13,554 nucleotides of DNA from assembly GCA_964636085.1 (NCBI GenBank), contig CAZWPQ010000047.1:1-13554 (forward strand), written 5' to 3'. This document shows positions 1 through 9,174 of the stretch, piece by piece; within the stretch, counting starts at the first letter, position 1; the number at the start of each line of letters is the position of its first letter. Both the position numbers and the translations under genes were made by a program. Origin of the DNA: an uncultured Nitrososphaerota archaeon (GTDB lineage: Archaea > Asgardarchaeota > Njordarchaeia > Njordarchaeales > Panguiarchaeaceae). The notes below the pieces were generated by a model. The model was given only the letters and a program-made list of their open reading frames with translations, did no database searches and had not been told where the DNA came from.

Positions 1-1410
1 GGGCAAGGACAAGCTGGAGCGCTAGGGCAAGCTGGAGCACCATCACCAATGTCTGTTATTGATACTATTGCTACAATTGCTAGGATTTTGGGGAGAGATA
101 TGGGGGATGCATTATTGGACTCAGCTCTCAGGGCACTCGAGAGAATAGAATATCCAAATCATTTTATTGATGCTATTAGAATGCTTAATGATGCGGGGCT
201 AAATCTTCCTATTCAGAATGTATTGAAGCTAGGTTCTTACTTGGGCATTCCTAAGGACTTGATTTTATCAATATTGAATCCTACTATTGATCATATAAAG
301 AAACTAATAGAAAAGCGCATAGGAACTATGCATGACTATGATACATTATTTGAATCGATGAAGCTTAATGAAAGAGATTTCGATGAGCTGGCCAGGCATG
401 CGTTAAAACATGGTTATAAGCCTGCATTGCAGGCGTTGATGAAGCATAACCTACCTAGGCTCATTCAAATAGCTAGTTCTATGGGTAAAAAAGCCGAGAA
501 TTACGTTGTCTCTGCTTTTTCTCTAAAGATTTTTGGGGATATGGGTGACTTAACGGCTGGTGCTGGGGCAAATATCCTTGCATCTTGGTTTAATTATAGG
601 GATCAGCTTACTGGGGCCGCCAGAAGGATTCTTAAAAAAATTGCGAAAAAAGTAATAATCGAACTTAGTATACTACTGGGTAGAAGAGTAATTGGGTCCA
701 GAGAAGAGGGTATTCTCCCTGTATATGAGACAAGACCATACCGAGAAGGGGACGACCTAAGCAATATAGCCATTGAAGATACTATTGAGTCTCTGTTATC
801 GGCTGGTAAAATAACAAGGGAAGCCAAAAATATAAAATTTTTCGCTACATTGGATGATTTGATTATGTATACTACAAGGAAAGGTAAGCTCATCTTTGTA
901 CTCTTGCTGGATACTTCTGGTTCTATGAGTGGTGAAAAATTGGCTTCATGTGCAATAGCTGCATCACTTTTGGTATATAGACTTAGGCCAGAAGAAATAG
1001 CCATAGCGATATTCAGCGACAACACATATCCCGTCAAAGAATTAGACGAAGAAGCAGATATCGAGGAAATAGCAGAATTTTTCTTAGAGCTAGAGGCTGG
1101 GGGAGGAACAATGATAAGCCGTGCACTAGAATGGGCCAAGAAGCAACTAAAATATGCCGAAGAAGATGACGTTAAGATATTGGCAATATTCTCAGATTAC
1201 GAATTATATGATGAATATAAAGCCTTTGAATTGGTAGAGAAGATAGCAAAGTTGGGGGCTAGGGCTCTTCTCTTCTACAATAAATATTCTTATAATCCAA
1301 GCACGGTACGGCAATTTAAAAAGCTTATAAAGGGTTATGAAATAGAGCTAGATAAGTATATTTCGCTTCCCAGAAAGCTTATAAAGGCTATAAATAAACT
1401 ATTCGGGTAG
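1..1410 (+). CDS. VWA (von Willebrand A/MIDAS) domain protein, CoxE/ViaA-like MoxR partner; probably 5'-truncated by the window edge
   Basis: The frame is open from base 1 (GQGQAGALGQAGAPSP, a low-complexity linker) into the 49..1410 ORF. MIDAS DxSxS motif LLDTSGSM, GGGT loop, FSD acidic ligand, and the pre-vWA segment RPYREGDDLSNIAIEDT typical of CoxE-like proteins. Confidence 0.88.
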   Translation, partial: GQGQAGALGQAGAPSPMSVIDTIATIARILGRDMGDALLDSALRALERIEYPNHFIDAIRMLNDAGLNLPIQNVLKLGSYLGIPKDLILSILNPTIDHIKKLIEKRIGTMHDYDTLFESMKLNERDFDELARHALKHGYKPALQALMKHNLPRLIQIASSMGKKAENYVVSAFSLKIFGDMGDLTAGAGANILASWFNYRDQLTGAARRILKKIAKKVIIELSILLGRRVIGSREEGILPVYETRPYREGDDLSNIAIEDTIESLLSAGKITREAKNIKFFATLDDLIMYTTRKGKLIFVLLLDTSGSMSGEKLASCAIAASLLVYRLRPEEIAIAIFSDNTYPVKELDEEADIEEIAEFFLELEAGGGTMISRALEWAKKQLKYAEEDDVKILAIFSDYELYDEYKAFELVEKIAKLGARALLFYNKYSYNPSTVRQFKKLIKGYEIELDKYISLPRKLIKAINKLFG

Positions 1411-1416
1411 ATCTAA

Positions 1417-3708
1417 ATGCAGAAAAATGAAGAAAAAGCGCCTAGAAATAAAATGCCTAAGCAAAAAAATATAGTCGATCTTATCGCGAATCTTAAATTT
1501 CACGAAGCCGAGAGGATGCTTAAAAAATATAAATCAAAAAAGTTACCGATAGTAGATATAGTAGAAAAAATAGGACAAGGATTAGGGGAACAAGAAATAA
1601 CATATCTGGCGTCCGTCAGACAGAACGCTCTCATAGCGATCCCTCACTTACTAAGATCTGGCAAAGACCTCCAGAGAAAAGTAGCATACTTTCTAGCATA
1701 TAAATACCCAGATCTAGCCATATATCTCTACAGAGAAGAGACAAAAATAGACGAAGTATTTATACATTTCCTTAAATATCTTCCTAAGAAATCCATCATA
1801 ACCACAGTTAGGCTATATGCCATAATTCTTGACGATATGCTAAATCTGCTAGAAAAAGAAATAAAGGAACTTTCAGATGAAATCGAAGCAATAACTGAAT
1901 CTAGGTTGATGTATAAAAGTGGATGGAGTAGCTACTCTATATCTGAACCTATAAGCAATTTAATAAGGCAGGCTATTGAGAGAGAATTCATAAAAGTGTT
2001 CGATTTGATGGGCAAGATAGATGAGGTATTTGGATGTATTATAGATATTTCATGCGACAAATTTAAGAATGTTAAGGATGAACTTATGGTTTTTCTTATG
2101 AAATTTTTGAGATTATTAGAATTTGAAGAAAAAATTGATAGTATCGATAAGGTGTATGAGCTTCTTCCAAAATTATTCGAGCATTTTGCTCCCATTCTCG
2201 AAAAAAAGGTAATTGAAAGCCTAGCTAGATATGTTTCTGACCTAGCAGAGAAAACAATTCCAGTCGATCGAAAGGGTATTCATCTAGATCCATCAGAGAG
2301 GTATTTAAATACTAGAATATATGACTATGATAAAACTAATAAAAAATGCAGAGGCGAACTCAAAGGAAAAACCGTAATTAGATTTGTCTCTGTTAAGGAT
2401 TGTGATATCTCACCGAGACGCTATTATGTTCTGGAGACCCTTAAACGGATAATCTCTAAGAACTCCGAGCTTGTGGAATTTATTGGTCTATCTAATCCAC
2501 TGCTTTCGGAAGTGCTAATTAGTTTACCTGCTGCTATGTCTCAGTTACTTAAAAAAAGAATACAGTATCTAGCCGAAAAAACTGTATATGAAACATATTC
2601 TTCAAATAAAATCAGTAAAATTTACATCTACTATTATGATGATTGGTGTTACGAGAGATATGATTGGCGGGAGATTACGTGGGGTGCTCTTTATGTTCCC
2701 GAATTTAGATTGGTAAATAAGCTTTCCTTTGATGATGCTCTTGAGGTTTTGGATTCCTTAACTAGAAAGTTAGAGAAATTGTATCCTAGTTCTAGGGTCT
2801 TTATCGATGCCCTAGAAAATTATAATCCTAAGGAACGTACGTTGTCTTTCAAATTGGCTAAGTATGTAGTCCTTGATGTGGTGTCTCATTTTATCTCTTT
2901 TGGGAGGTATGATAATAGGCTTACTGAGTTTCTTATGCAGGTTATGAGTTGGCTTGGTGAGATTCCAGATATCGTGGATAAGTACATTGGGCACTTATCA
3001 AATTATGAGAATGCACTAGAGTTTTCTAAGCTGATTAGATTTGGAAAAAATAACGTTCTAAATAAATTCTTTGGAAGGGGAATAGTCGCTATGCGTACTG
3101 ATAATGTGTTTTCGGACATGAAAATCTTGGATAAAGTTATTGGTTTCTTGAAGGAGTCTTCGGAGAAGAACTTTAAATTGTTTGTCTATGTAGTCAGCAA
3201 TTTGACTGGAGCTGATCTTAGTAGTGTTGAATCCTTAGGTGATTTTGTTAGGGCTATCCACCAGGGTATAGGGGAGCTCTTGATTTTTAAGCATCCAGAT
3301 ATCGACTTAGAGAAGAAAGTTTTAGAGTTTTATTTTGAATGTTTGATGAATTCTTATGAGACCGCAAGCGAGTGTACATTCACAAGATTAGCTGAGACCG
3401 TGGAGACTCTTATTTCTAATTTTTCTGCATCAGATTTTGAGATAACAAAGGATGAAGTTGCCAAACTCAAAGAATCGGATTTAAAGATTGTAAGGGATTT
3501 GGCTGAATTATTTCTTAGGAGGGCTATTGAGGAGGTAAAAGATAAGAAAGTTCTTGTCTCCGATGGAGGAGTTTCTTTGCGGTCTCTTAAAGGTTCTTGG
3601 CTTTGGCGTGAATATATCAAACAAGAGAAAATGACAGAGGAAGAATGGGAAAAAACCAAGAAACGATTAATGAAAATTGGTGTGGAGATACCAGAAGTAC
3701 AAGTGTGA
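1417..3708 (+). CDS. Hypothetical 763-aa protein, mostly alpha-helical (possible solenoid)
   Basis: Long ORF starting 6 nt after the vWA stop. L/E/K/I-rich amphipathic helices; no catalytic motif, signal peptide or TM segment recognised. Confidence 0.85.
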   Translation: MQKNEEKAPRNKMPKQKNIVDLIANLKFHEAERMLKKYKSKKLPIVDIVEKIGQGLGEQEITYLASVRQNALIAIPHLLRSGKDLQRKVAYFLAYKYPDLAIYLYREETKIDEVFIHFLKYLPKKSIITTVRLYAIILDDMLNLLEKEIKELSDEIEAITESRLMYKSGWSSYSISEPISNLIRQAIEREFIKVFDLMGKIDEVFGCIIDISCDKFKNVKDELMVFLMKFLRLLEFEEKIDSIDKVYELLPKLFEHFAPILEKKVIESLARYVSDLAEKTIPVDRKGIHLDPSERYLNTRIYDYDKTNKKCRGELKGKTVIRFVSVKDCDISPRRYYVLETLKRIISKNSELVEFIGLSNPLLSEVLISLPAAMSQLLKKRIQYLAEKTVYETYSSNKISKIYIYYYDDWCYERYDWREITWGALYVPEFRLVNKLSFDDALEVLDSLTRKLEKLYPSSRVFIDALENYNPKERTLSFKLAKYVVLDVVSHFISFGRYDNRLTEFLMQVMSWLGEIPDIVDKYIGHLSNYENALEFSKLIRFGKNNVLNKFFGRGIVAMRTDNVFSDMKILDKVIGFLKESSEKNFKLFVYVVSNLTGADLSSVESLGDFVRAIHQGIGELLIFKHPDIDLEKKVLEFYFECLMNSYETASECTFTRLAETVETLISNFSASDFEITKDEVAKLKESDLKIVRDLAELFLRRAIEEVKDKKVLVSDGGVSLRSLKGSWLWREYIKQEKMTEEEWEKTKKRLMKIGVEIPEVQV

Positions 3709-3729
3709 CTTAAATAATGTCCCTGTGTG

Positions 3730-3736
3730 TTTTTTT
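3730..3736 (+). terminator. Oligo-T archaeal terminator candidate
   Basis: T7 run about 20 nt after the 3708 stop, in a convergent intergenic gap. Confidence 0.4.
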
Positions 3737-3812
3737 GGAGGGATATGGGGGATGGATTGTAATGAAAGAAAATTATTTTACTCCTCTTGGTTTTTAATCT
3801 CGTTAGCGATCC

Positions 3813-4421
3813 TTATAAGTTAATATGAAGGTTATTTTTTAGCCATTTTTTTATGCGTGGTGGGTATTCTTGTGCGTATTTTTTTAGGAGTTTTTTGTTT
3901 AGGTTGTCCCAGTTGACTGTGAATATGTCTTCTGGGTCTCCTCTTTTGTAGACGTAGTCTAGTATTGCTTTTTCTGGCTTTGCTATGTAATAGTAGTATC
4001 CCCTTATAGTTTTGCTTTCCCTGTAGCGATAGCCAAACATTAGTTTCGGAGGGATCCTATGGAATATTATTTGTGTTGTATTGATTTGGATTTTCTTTCT
4101 TGTTGGAGGGAAATTTTCGGATGTTGCGACCTCGATTGTTGGTACTATCTGGTCGATGATGCCTTGTATTGATAGTGCTGTTGATAGGGATATGTATGAT
4201 GGGTAGTATATCGCCGTTGAGATCACCATCGGGTCCCTCATGATTTCTTTTAGTGTATAGATTCCTCTCGCGATTCTTTGGATTTTTCCTTTTTTATATA
4301 GATAATGGAAAATGTTGGCCACCAACTTTCTGTCCGCATCCACGATTTCCGCAAAATCGCTCACGATAATCACATACCGATTTTGAAGCAAATTCATTAT
4401 TCTATCAACCAATTTCAACAT
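3813..4421 (-). CDS. abiEi: AbiEi-family antitoxin / wHTH transcriptional regulator (COG5340-like)
   Basis: N-terminal wHTH ending LYKKGKIQRIARGIY, then PSYISLSTALSIQGIIDQ and IAKPEKAILD, which are signature AbiEi segments. Overlaps the upstream NTase gene by 17 nt. Confidence 0.9.
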   Translation of the reverse strand: MLKLVDRIMNLLQNRYVIIVSDFAEIVDADRKLVANIFHYLYKKGKIQRIARGIYTLKEIMRDPMVISTAIYYPSYISLSTALSIQGIIDQIVPTIEVATSENFPPTRKKIQINTTQIIFHRIPPKLMFGYRYRESKTIRGYYYYIAKPEKAILDYVYKRGDPEDIFTVNWDNLNKKLLKKYAQEYPPRIKKWLKNNLHINL

Positions 4422-5112
4422 GCTCCTCGATCACCTCCAAGACCTTATCGAAAGATGGTAGAGTATAGTTGATTAGTAATGGGCCTATATTCTTCCACTT
4501 CTTTCTAAGTCTTTGCATGCGGACAAGTATTCTAGACCATGTGTCCCTATCAAGTGTCACACTAACATTATATGTCCTGGCGATAAAATATGCATCAAAT
4601 AGGTCTCTGACTTTATTTCTTTCGAGAAGCATATGTATCTTTCTTCTAAATGCATACTCAATCGTTATTACCTCTATCCTAAATGGTTTTATGTCCGGAT
4701 AGATACTCTCATAATCAATGACTCCATGCTCTTCAGGTTTATCTGAAACCTTTATCTCCATTTTTAGACCTGTGCCTCCTAGTCCTTTTGCGCCGATGTT
4801 CCAAACAAATGTTCTCACGTCTCCTCTACTCATACTTTTAATCACACGAACCTTAAATCCCTCTCTTCTAAGACAATTTTTTACTCTACTTAAAAAACGT
4901 ACGTTCTCAGCAGTCATGTCCAGATCTAGGCTGAACCTCGGGCTACCATACACCTTAAAAAGAGCAGTACCTCCCTTAAAAACAATCAGATCAGAGCTCG
5001 ATGTAAAAGCATAATAAAGAATTTTATCCTGTATGTAATCCTTAAGAGCATAGTCCAATCTTGTTAGTCCTCGTCGCTGATTTATCGTCAACAAGACATT
5101 CCTTTGAAGCAT
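4405..5112 (-). CDS. abiEii: AbiEii-family nucleotidyltransferase toxin (DUF1814)
   Basis: Motifs FKGGTAL, PRFSLDLD, K..M...R.KVRDLFD. ATG at 5112 is preferred over the TTG at 5130 used by the ORF track. Confidence 0.92.
   Translation of the reverse strand: MLQRNVLLTINQRRGLTRLDYALKDYIQDKILYYAFTSSSDLIVFKGGTALFKVYGSPRFSLDLDMTAENVRFLSRVKNCLRREGFKVRVIKSMSRGDVRTFVWNIGAKGLGGTGLKMEIKVSDKPEEHGVIDYESIYPDIKPFRIEVITIEYAFRRKIHMLLERNKVRDLFDAYFIARTYNVSVTLDRDTWSRILVRMQRLRKKWKNIGPLLINYTLPSFDKVLEVIEEHVEIG
4431..4438 (-). promoter_or_regulatory. Shine-Dalgarno GGAGGTGA for abiEi
   Basis: The minus strand reads GGAGGTGAtcgaggagcATG (ATG at 4421), inside the 3' end of abiEii. Confidence 0.7.
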
Positions 5113-5440
5113 TTTTATGCATCTAGTCAAAATCTATTGCAATTATAATAAATAAAGAAACAAACAATTTATAAAATTATCATATTTTTTCCTAATAATT
5201 GTTGGGATAACATAGGCGTATATTTTTTATGTCTAGTCATTAAGAAAGATAACTCTATCATTGTTTTGGTATAGATGTTATTATTCTGAACATCTACGAA
5301 AAATTTTAGTAAACAATTTCAGTAGTCTCTTGGGGGAATTCTTTATGTTCCCTATTTTTCTTGTTTTTCTTTTAGGTGTTTTAACTTATATCGGCATTTG
5401 TATGAGAAGTAGATAATTACTTGGGGGTTGAATTGTTTAC

Positions 5441-5453
5441 AAGAATTTATATC
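5441..5453 (+). promoter_or_regulatory. BRE/TATA-like promoter for the 5500-7515 operon
   Basis: AAGAATTTATATC about 50 nt upstream of a GGTGG SD-like motif (5490-5494) and TTG codons at 5497/5500. Confidence 0.4.
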
Positions 5454-5499
5454 TATTATTAATGTTATTTTTTCTGTAACATTATTATTGGTGGTCTTG

Positions 5500-6510
5500 T
5501 TGATTTTTGATGTTGCTAGAATAGCAAAGTATCTTATGGATAATGGGGCTTTTTATCCTGATAATGGTGTTGGGATTGGCAGGATTTCCAAGAGTCTGGG
5601 TATTACTCCTGGTAGAGTAAAAAGGGGGCTTGGTTTTCTCCGCTTTTTGGGTTTGGTGTCTAGGAATGTTGATCCGAGAAGGAGAAAATATTCTACTTGG
5701 TCTATTTCGAAGATTGCCAGTATTCTTGGTGATGTGGGAGGCATCATTAATTTTCTGTGGGGCAATATTGTTGAGAGGGGGGATCTTGCTTTTTATGAGT
5801 GGATAGATTTTTTCCTTGATGACTATTTTCTGTCTGGTACGGCTGGCCTCTTACTTAATGGCCTATCATGGAATGATGTCATGCCTTTCGGGGTTCTTCT
5901 GGTTATGGATAGGAGCAAGTATAATTGGTTTAGAAAATTCTATAGGTTTTATCGCAGGACTTGCCTTGCGGAGAGATACAGGATAGATGTGGTGTTTGTA
6001 TCGGACATAGAAGATTGTGACTATAGAATTGTCAGAATGGAGAACTCGGCTGTTCCTCTTGCCTCGGTTGATCAGGCTCTCGTGGATTCCATCATTAACC
6101 ATGATAGTTGGGGAGTAGATCTCTTGGAGACCCTCTCCGTACTCGTCGGTATTGTTCTTCCACAAGTTTTCGAAACAAAGGATTGGGGGAGAATCGAGAA
6201 TATGGTTTATCTCGCAGAGAAGCAGTATGATTCAGAAAAATTTGTGTTACTCGTTGCGATTCTAAGGAATATCCTAATGAGATACTACATATATTTTGAG
6301 GAGACAGACGCATTAGAACTCTACATGGTACTACCGGAGGTACCAGAGAACTATACAATTCCACAGAAAATCTCCAGAAAGATATATGAGGCGTTTAGAG
6401 CAACAATACTTGGGGACAGAGTCGCAATGTATTTGGGGTTAGAGCCAGACTTCTCCAAAACAGCGACAAGCACCATAGATAGCAGTATTCTCGCGGTATC
6501 AGAGATATAG
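5500..6510 (+). CDS. Divergent AbiEi-like protein: N-terminal wHTH, AbiEi-type core, helical C-terminal extension
   Basis: wHTH pattern IGRISKSLGITPGRVKRGLGFLRFLGLV. YFLSGTAGL and VPLASVDQALVDSI parallel the YISxxxAL and IAxPEKAILD motifs of AbiEi. Start moved from 5428 to TTG 5500 (or 5497) on SD/TATA placement. Confidence 0.65.
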   Translation: MIFDVARIAKYLMDNGAFYPDNGVGIGRISKSLGITPGRVKRGLGFLRFLGLVSRNVDPRRRKYSTWSISKIASILGDVGGIINFLWGNIVERGDLAFYEWIDFFLDDYFLSGTAGLLLNGLSWNDVMPFGVLLVMDRSKYNWFRKFYRFYRRTCLAERYRIDVVFVSDIEDCDYRIVRMENSAVPLASVDQALVDSIINHDSWGVDLLETLSVLVGIVLPQVFETKDWGRIENMVYLAEKQYDSEKFVLLVAILRNILMRYYIYFEETDALELYMVLPEVPENYTIPQKISRKIYEAFRATILGDRVAMYLGLEPDFSKTATSTIDSSILAVSEI

Positions 6511-6519
6511 GTAACAGAC

Positions 6520-7515
6520 ATGCTTGAGATAGACTTAGCCAATCCGGAGGAAATTCTGGAGGTTAAAACAAATCTAAAACACGTAGACATACCAGACTCA
6601 GACTTTATAAGGAGAACATGCAAATATTTTCACCCAAATCTGAAGCCATATATGCCGATCCGAGACTTATCGATATTCGATACAGCGATATATATGGCCA
6701 CAAAGTATATGATTCTCTCTGGGGGATATGGCATAAACACGTGTTTCTTCCAACCCGACGAGAGACGCTTAAGCCTAGCCGATATAGATCTTATAGCCGT
6801 GGGGAATGTTGAGGATTTGATAGAGAAGATAAATTATGATATAATCAAGAACAATGGGGCCATACTGCTTAGACTTGGAAATCGCGAAATAGCGGTAGGG
6901 ACAATAACATTGAACATAAGGAAGATGCAATGGCTAAAAAGGATTGGTGCTGAGAACATATATTCGCTCCAAAGAACAATACTCATTCCAGCTATCGGTC
7001 AACACATTATACGGGGAGAAGTTCTCCCGAACTACTTAAAGAGATATGGATTTGCCAAGGAGAAACAATGGACCATATTTAGGAGAAACGCGAGAAAATA
7101 CGGAGTCGAAATGTGGAGAATAGAAACAATAGAGATAGATATCGCGGTTATGGATACACCATCCATATGCAGGACGATAGTACCATCACTAGAGATTGTT
7201 GGAATAGGAAAATACATAAAAAACAGGCCGACAATAAGAGTCATAGAGCCAAACGCGGCTGTCGACTATCTAAAAAATGCGATAGAATATTTCTACTCCA
7301 AAAAACAAACACATAATACTGTAAAAACGCTTCTCGATTTACGTCTTTCCAAGCTCATTGAAAGAGAAAAAGAAATTGTCAACATAGCCAGAAAAATAGC
7401 CAGTCAGAAGGAATTCCTAGAAGACTACGAATCAGGAAGAGAATCATGGAGATTCGCAATATTGAGAAGAAAATATCCAAGGCTAGTAGACATAATAAGA
7501 AAATGGTTTCTATAA
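6520..7515 (+). CDS. Divergent AbiEii-like Pol-beta superfamily nucleotidyltransferase
   Basis: ILSGGYGIN...RRLSLADIDL (GG plus DxD), third acidic strand IEIDIA, and C-terminal KTLLDL resembling KDxxD. Starts 9 nt after the wHTH gene stop. Confidence 0.7.
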   Translation: MLEIDLANPEEILEVKTNLKHVDIPDSDFIRRTCKYFHPNLKPYMPIRDLSIFDTAIYMATKYMILSGGYGINTCFFQPDERRLSLADIDLIAVGNVEDLIEKINYDIIKNNGAILLRLGNREIAVGTITLNIRKMQWLKRIGAENIYSLQRTILIPAIGQHIIRGEVLPNYLKRYGFAKEKQWTIFRRNARKYGVEMWRIETIEIDIAVMDTPSICRTIVPSLEIVGIGKYIKNRPTIRVIEPNAAVDYLKNAIEYFYSKKQTHNTVKTLLDLRLSKLIEREKEIVNIARKIASQKEFLEDYESGRESWRFAILRRKYPRLVDIIRKWFL

Positions 7516-7534
7516 CAATCAATCAAAACGCTGA

Positions 7535-8297
7535 GAATATCTATTAGCTAGGGGATCCCCAAAGGCACAACATGAGGTAATGAGTAATGATAGTATCTAT
7601 TCGAATTCATGACGGAGTTTATAACATATCCCAAATCCGATGCACTAAAAGAAAAAACTAAATGTTAATGTACTATTACTATGCATTAGGAGGATACCAG
7701 AAACATTAAAAACACCAATAAGCGGGAGAACATTGGCCAATAGAACAGGCTATCATCATGAGAAAATTAGAAAACACGTATACTTCCTAAGAGCAACATT
7801 TGCTATAGATTACATATACCCACCAATGCAAATCAGGGATGTCCTCATACCAGACGCAAACAACAGCAGAAAAATATATCCCCCTAAGACCCATTTATTA
7901 TATATTCCTTTCATTCATGGGTATACAGCACTAAACATCACAAAAGAATAATTCAGCATCGGCTAAGACCCAAAGTAAGAGTATCCTGCCACTAATACAT
8001 TGAACGAGCAACTATATGTTCACTAAAGAAGCGAGACGATATATTCTACATATCCACCACCAAACGAGAAATAAATTTCCCAGCAATTAAAAACAATATA
8101 GTGCTTGCTATTGAAGCCAAAGAGAGGAAAAACTAGGCCAGCACGACGCATTAGTTGGTTATATGCTCCCAAGAAAAAAAGCCATAAAAATCCTAGCAAC
8201 AATAAACGAACAAAGCAAAGAAAGGAACTATATCAGGACCCCCCCAATACTATTAATATTCCTATCAATAAATAAAATAGAAAACCCCAACAATTAA
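7535..8297 (+). pseudogene. Decayed C-terminal half of a COG1373-type ATP-binding protein (DUF4143 plus PD-(D/E)xK-like tail)
   Basis: Collinear motifs across frames: EYLLA[RGS/GI]PK (YLxxGGxP, 7535-7564); ISGRTLANRTGYHHEKIRKHVYFLRATF (wHTH); RKIYP then frameshift to DPFI (7868-7899); stop at 7993; IERATICSL; FYISTTKREINF...LAIEAK (8044-8121); stop at 8134; terminal IKILAT...RTPPILLIFL ending TAA 8297. No Walker A region present. Confidence 0.8.
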
Positions 8298-8604
8298 AAA
8301 ACATCAGAGATCAAAATCCACACAAAACACACCCATCAAGCAAAAATACCACAACAAACGTAGACAAACTTTTTGCTTCATAAAGATAAACTTCGCTCAC
8401 CTCACTTACAAATTTTTGATCTTTATTTCAACCCCCCCTGTGGAATTCTCTATATTTCAGAGGCAATAATCAAATAAATAAAAAACACAAAAGATAACGA
8501 AAATTATTATTTTTATTTATCTCTTTTTCCAAATGCCGTAGGACATACAAATATTCGTCGCCAGGTTCTCCTTCAATATTTCGTTTTTCTGATATTTATA
8601 TGTC

Positions 8605-9174
8605 CTAACCGTGAAGTTCATTGAATTTTTTGAGGATTATGTCTAGCCGCTCCCTTACGTTCTCCTTCGCCGCTAATTCCTCAAGCATCTTCCAATTGAG
8701 CCTATTCTTTCTATTTCTAAGTATGGATACTATGTGTTCTATATCACGACCACTCATCCTTTGAAGCTTTGATATTATCAGTGGTTCTGGAGGTGTTATC
8801 CAGCAGTTAACTCCAAAGATTTTCACCCTAGATCTAAGCTCTATTGATTTCCGCTCGGCAAGGGTAAGAGCACTTATAATATCAATATGATACATCGTTT
8901 TAGTGTCGTGACACCTCACAACTTTTTTTAAGAGAATTTTCCTCCTAAACTCTTCTTTATCTCCACATGCGAAGCCATATCTCAAGAGACCATCATAGAG
9001 TTTTTCCACATCACCTGGAACATCAACAAAAACGACAAAGTCTACATCTCTAGTCGTAAAAATGTCGCCATAATAAATCACTGCCATGGCTCCAGTTAAT
9101 GCATAAGGAACATTACTCCCCTCCAAAGCCTCTATAGCTCTAATGGTAAAATCTTTAAAGTTTGTTATCTGAAT
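8605..9174 (-). CDS. MenT1-like / DUF2204-DUF6036-like nucleotidyltransferase, putative toxin
   Basis: YALTGAMAV...TTRDVDFVV, HIDII, PEPLIISKL...RDIEH. The frame is open upstream of the tracked TTG 9126 as far as TGA 9181-9183 and encodes the expected first helix (NFKDFTIRAIEAL). Start uncertain: ATT 9174, ATA 9168 or TTG 9126. Confidence 0.8.
   Translation of the reverse strand: MQITNFKDFTIRAIEALEGSNVPYALTGAMAVIYYGDIFTTRDVDFVVFVDVPGDVEKLYDGLLRYGFACGDKEEFRRKILLKKVVRCHDTKTMYHIDIISALTLAERKSIELRSRVKIFGVNCWITPPEPLIISKLQRMSGRDIEHIVSILRNRKNRLNWKMLEELAAKENVRERLDIILKKFNELHG

Noticed and set aside
5112-5239. Near-duplicate TTTTTATG(CA)TCTAGTCA at 5112 and 5224
   Set aside because: Short, AT-rich and gapped; cannot be distinguished from chance.
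5428-5499. Hydrophobic N-terminus of the 360-aa ORF as a TM segment or signal peptide
   Set aside because: Probably translated T-rich promoter DNA; TATA and SD positions favour a start at 5497/5500.
6520-7515. CBASS CD-NTase call
   Set aside because: It has a GG motif and an AbiEi-like partner rather than the GS motif and Cap effector genes expected for CBASS.
7733-7951. 72-aa ORF as an independent gene
   Set aside because: It is one fragment of the DUF4143 pseudogene; the motif continues in another frame after RKIYP.
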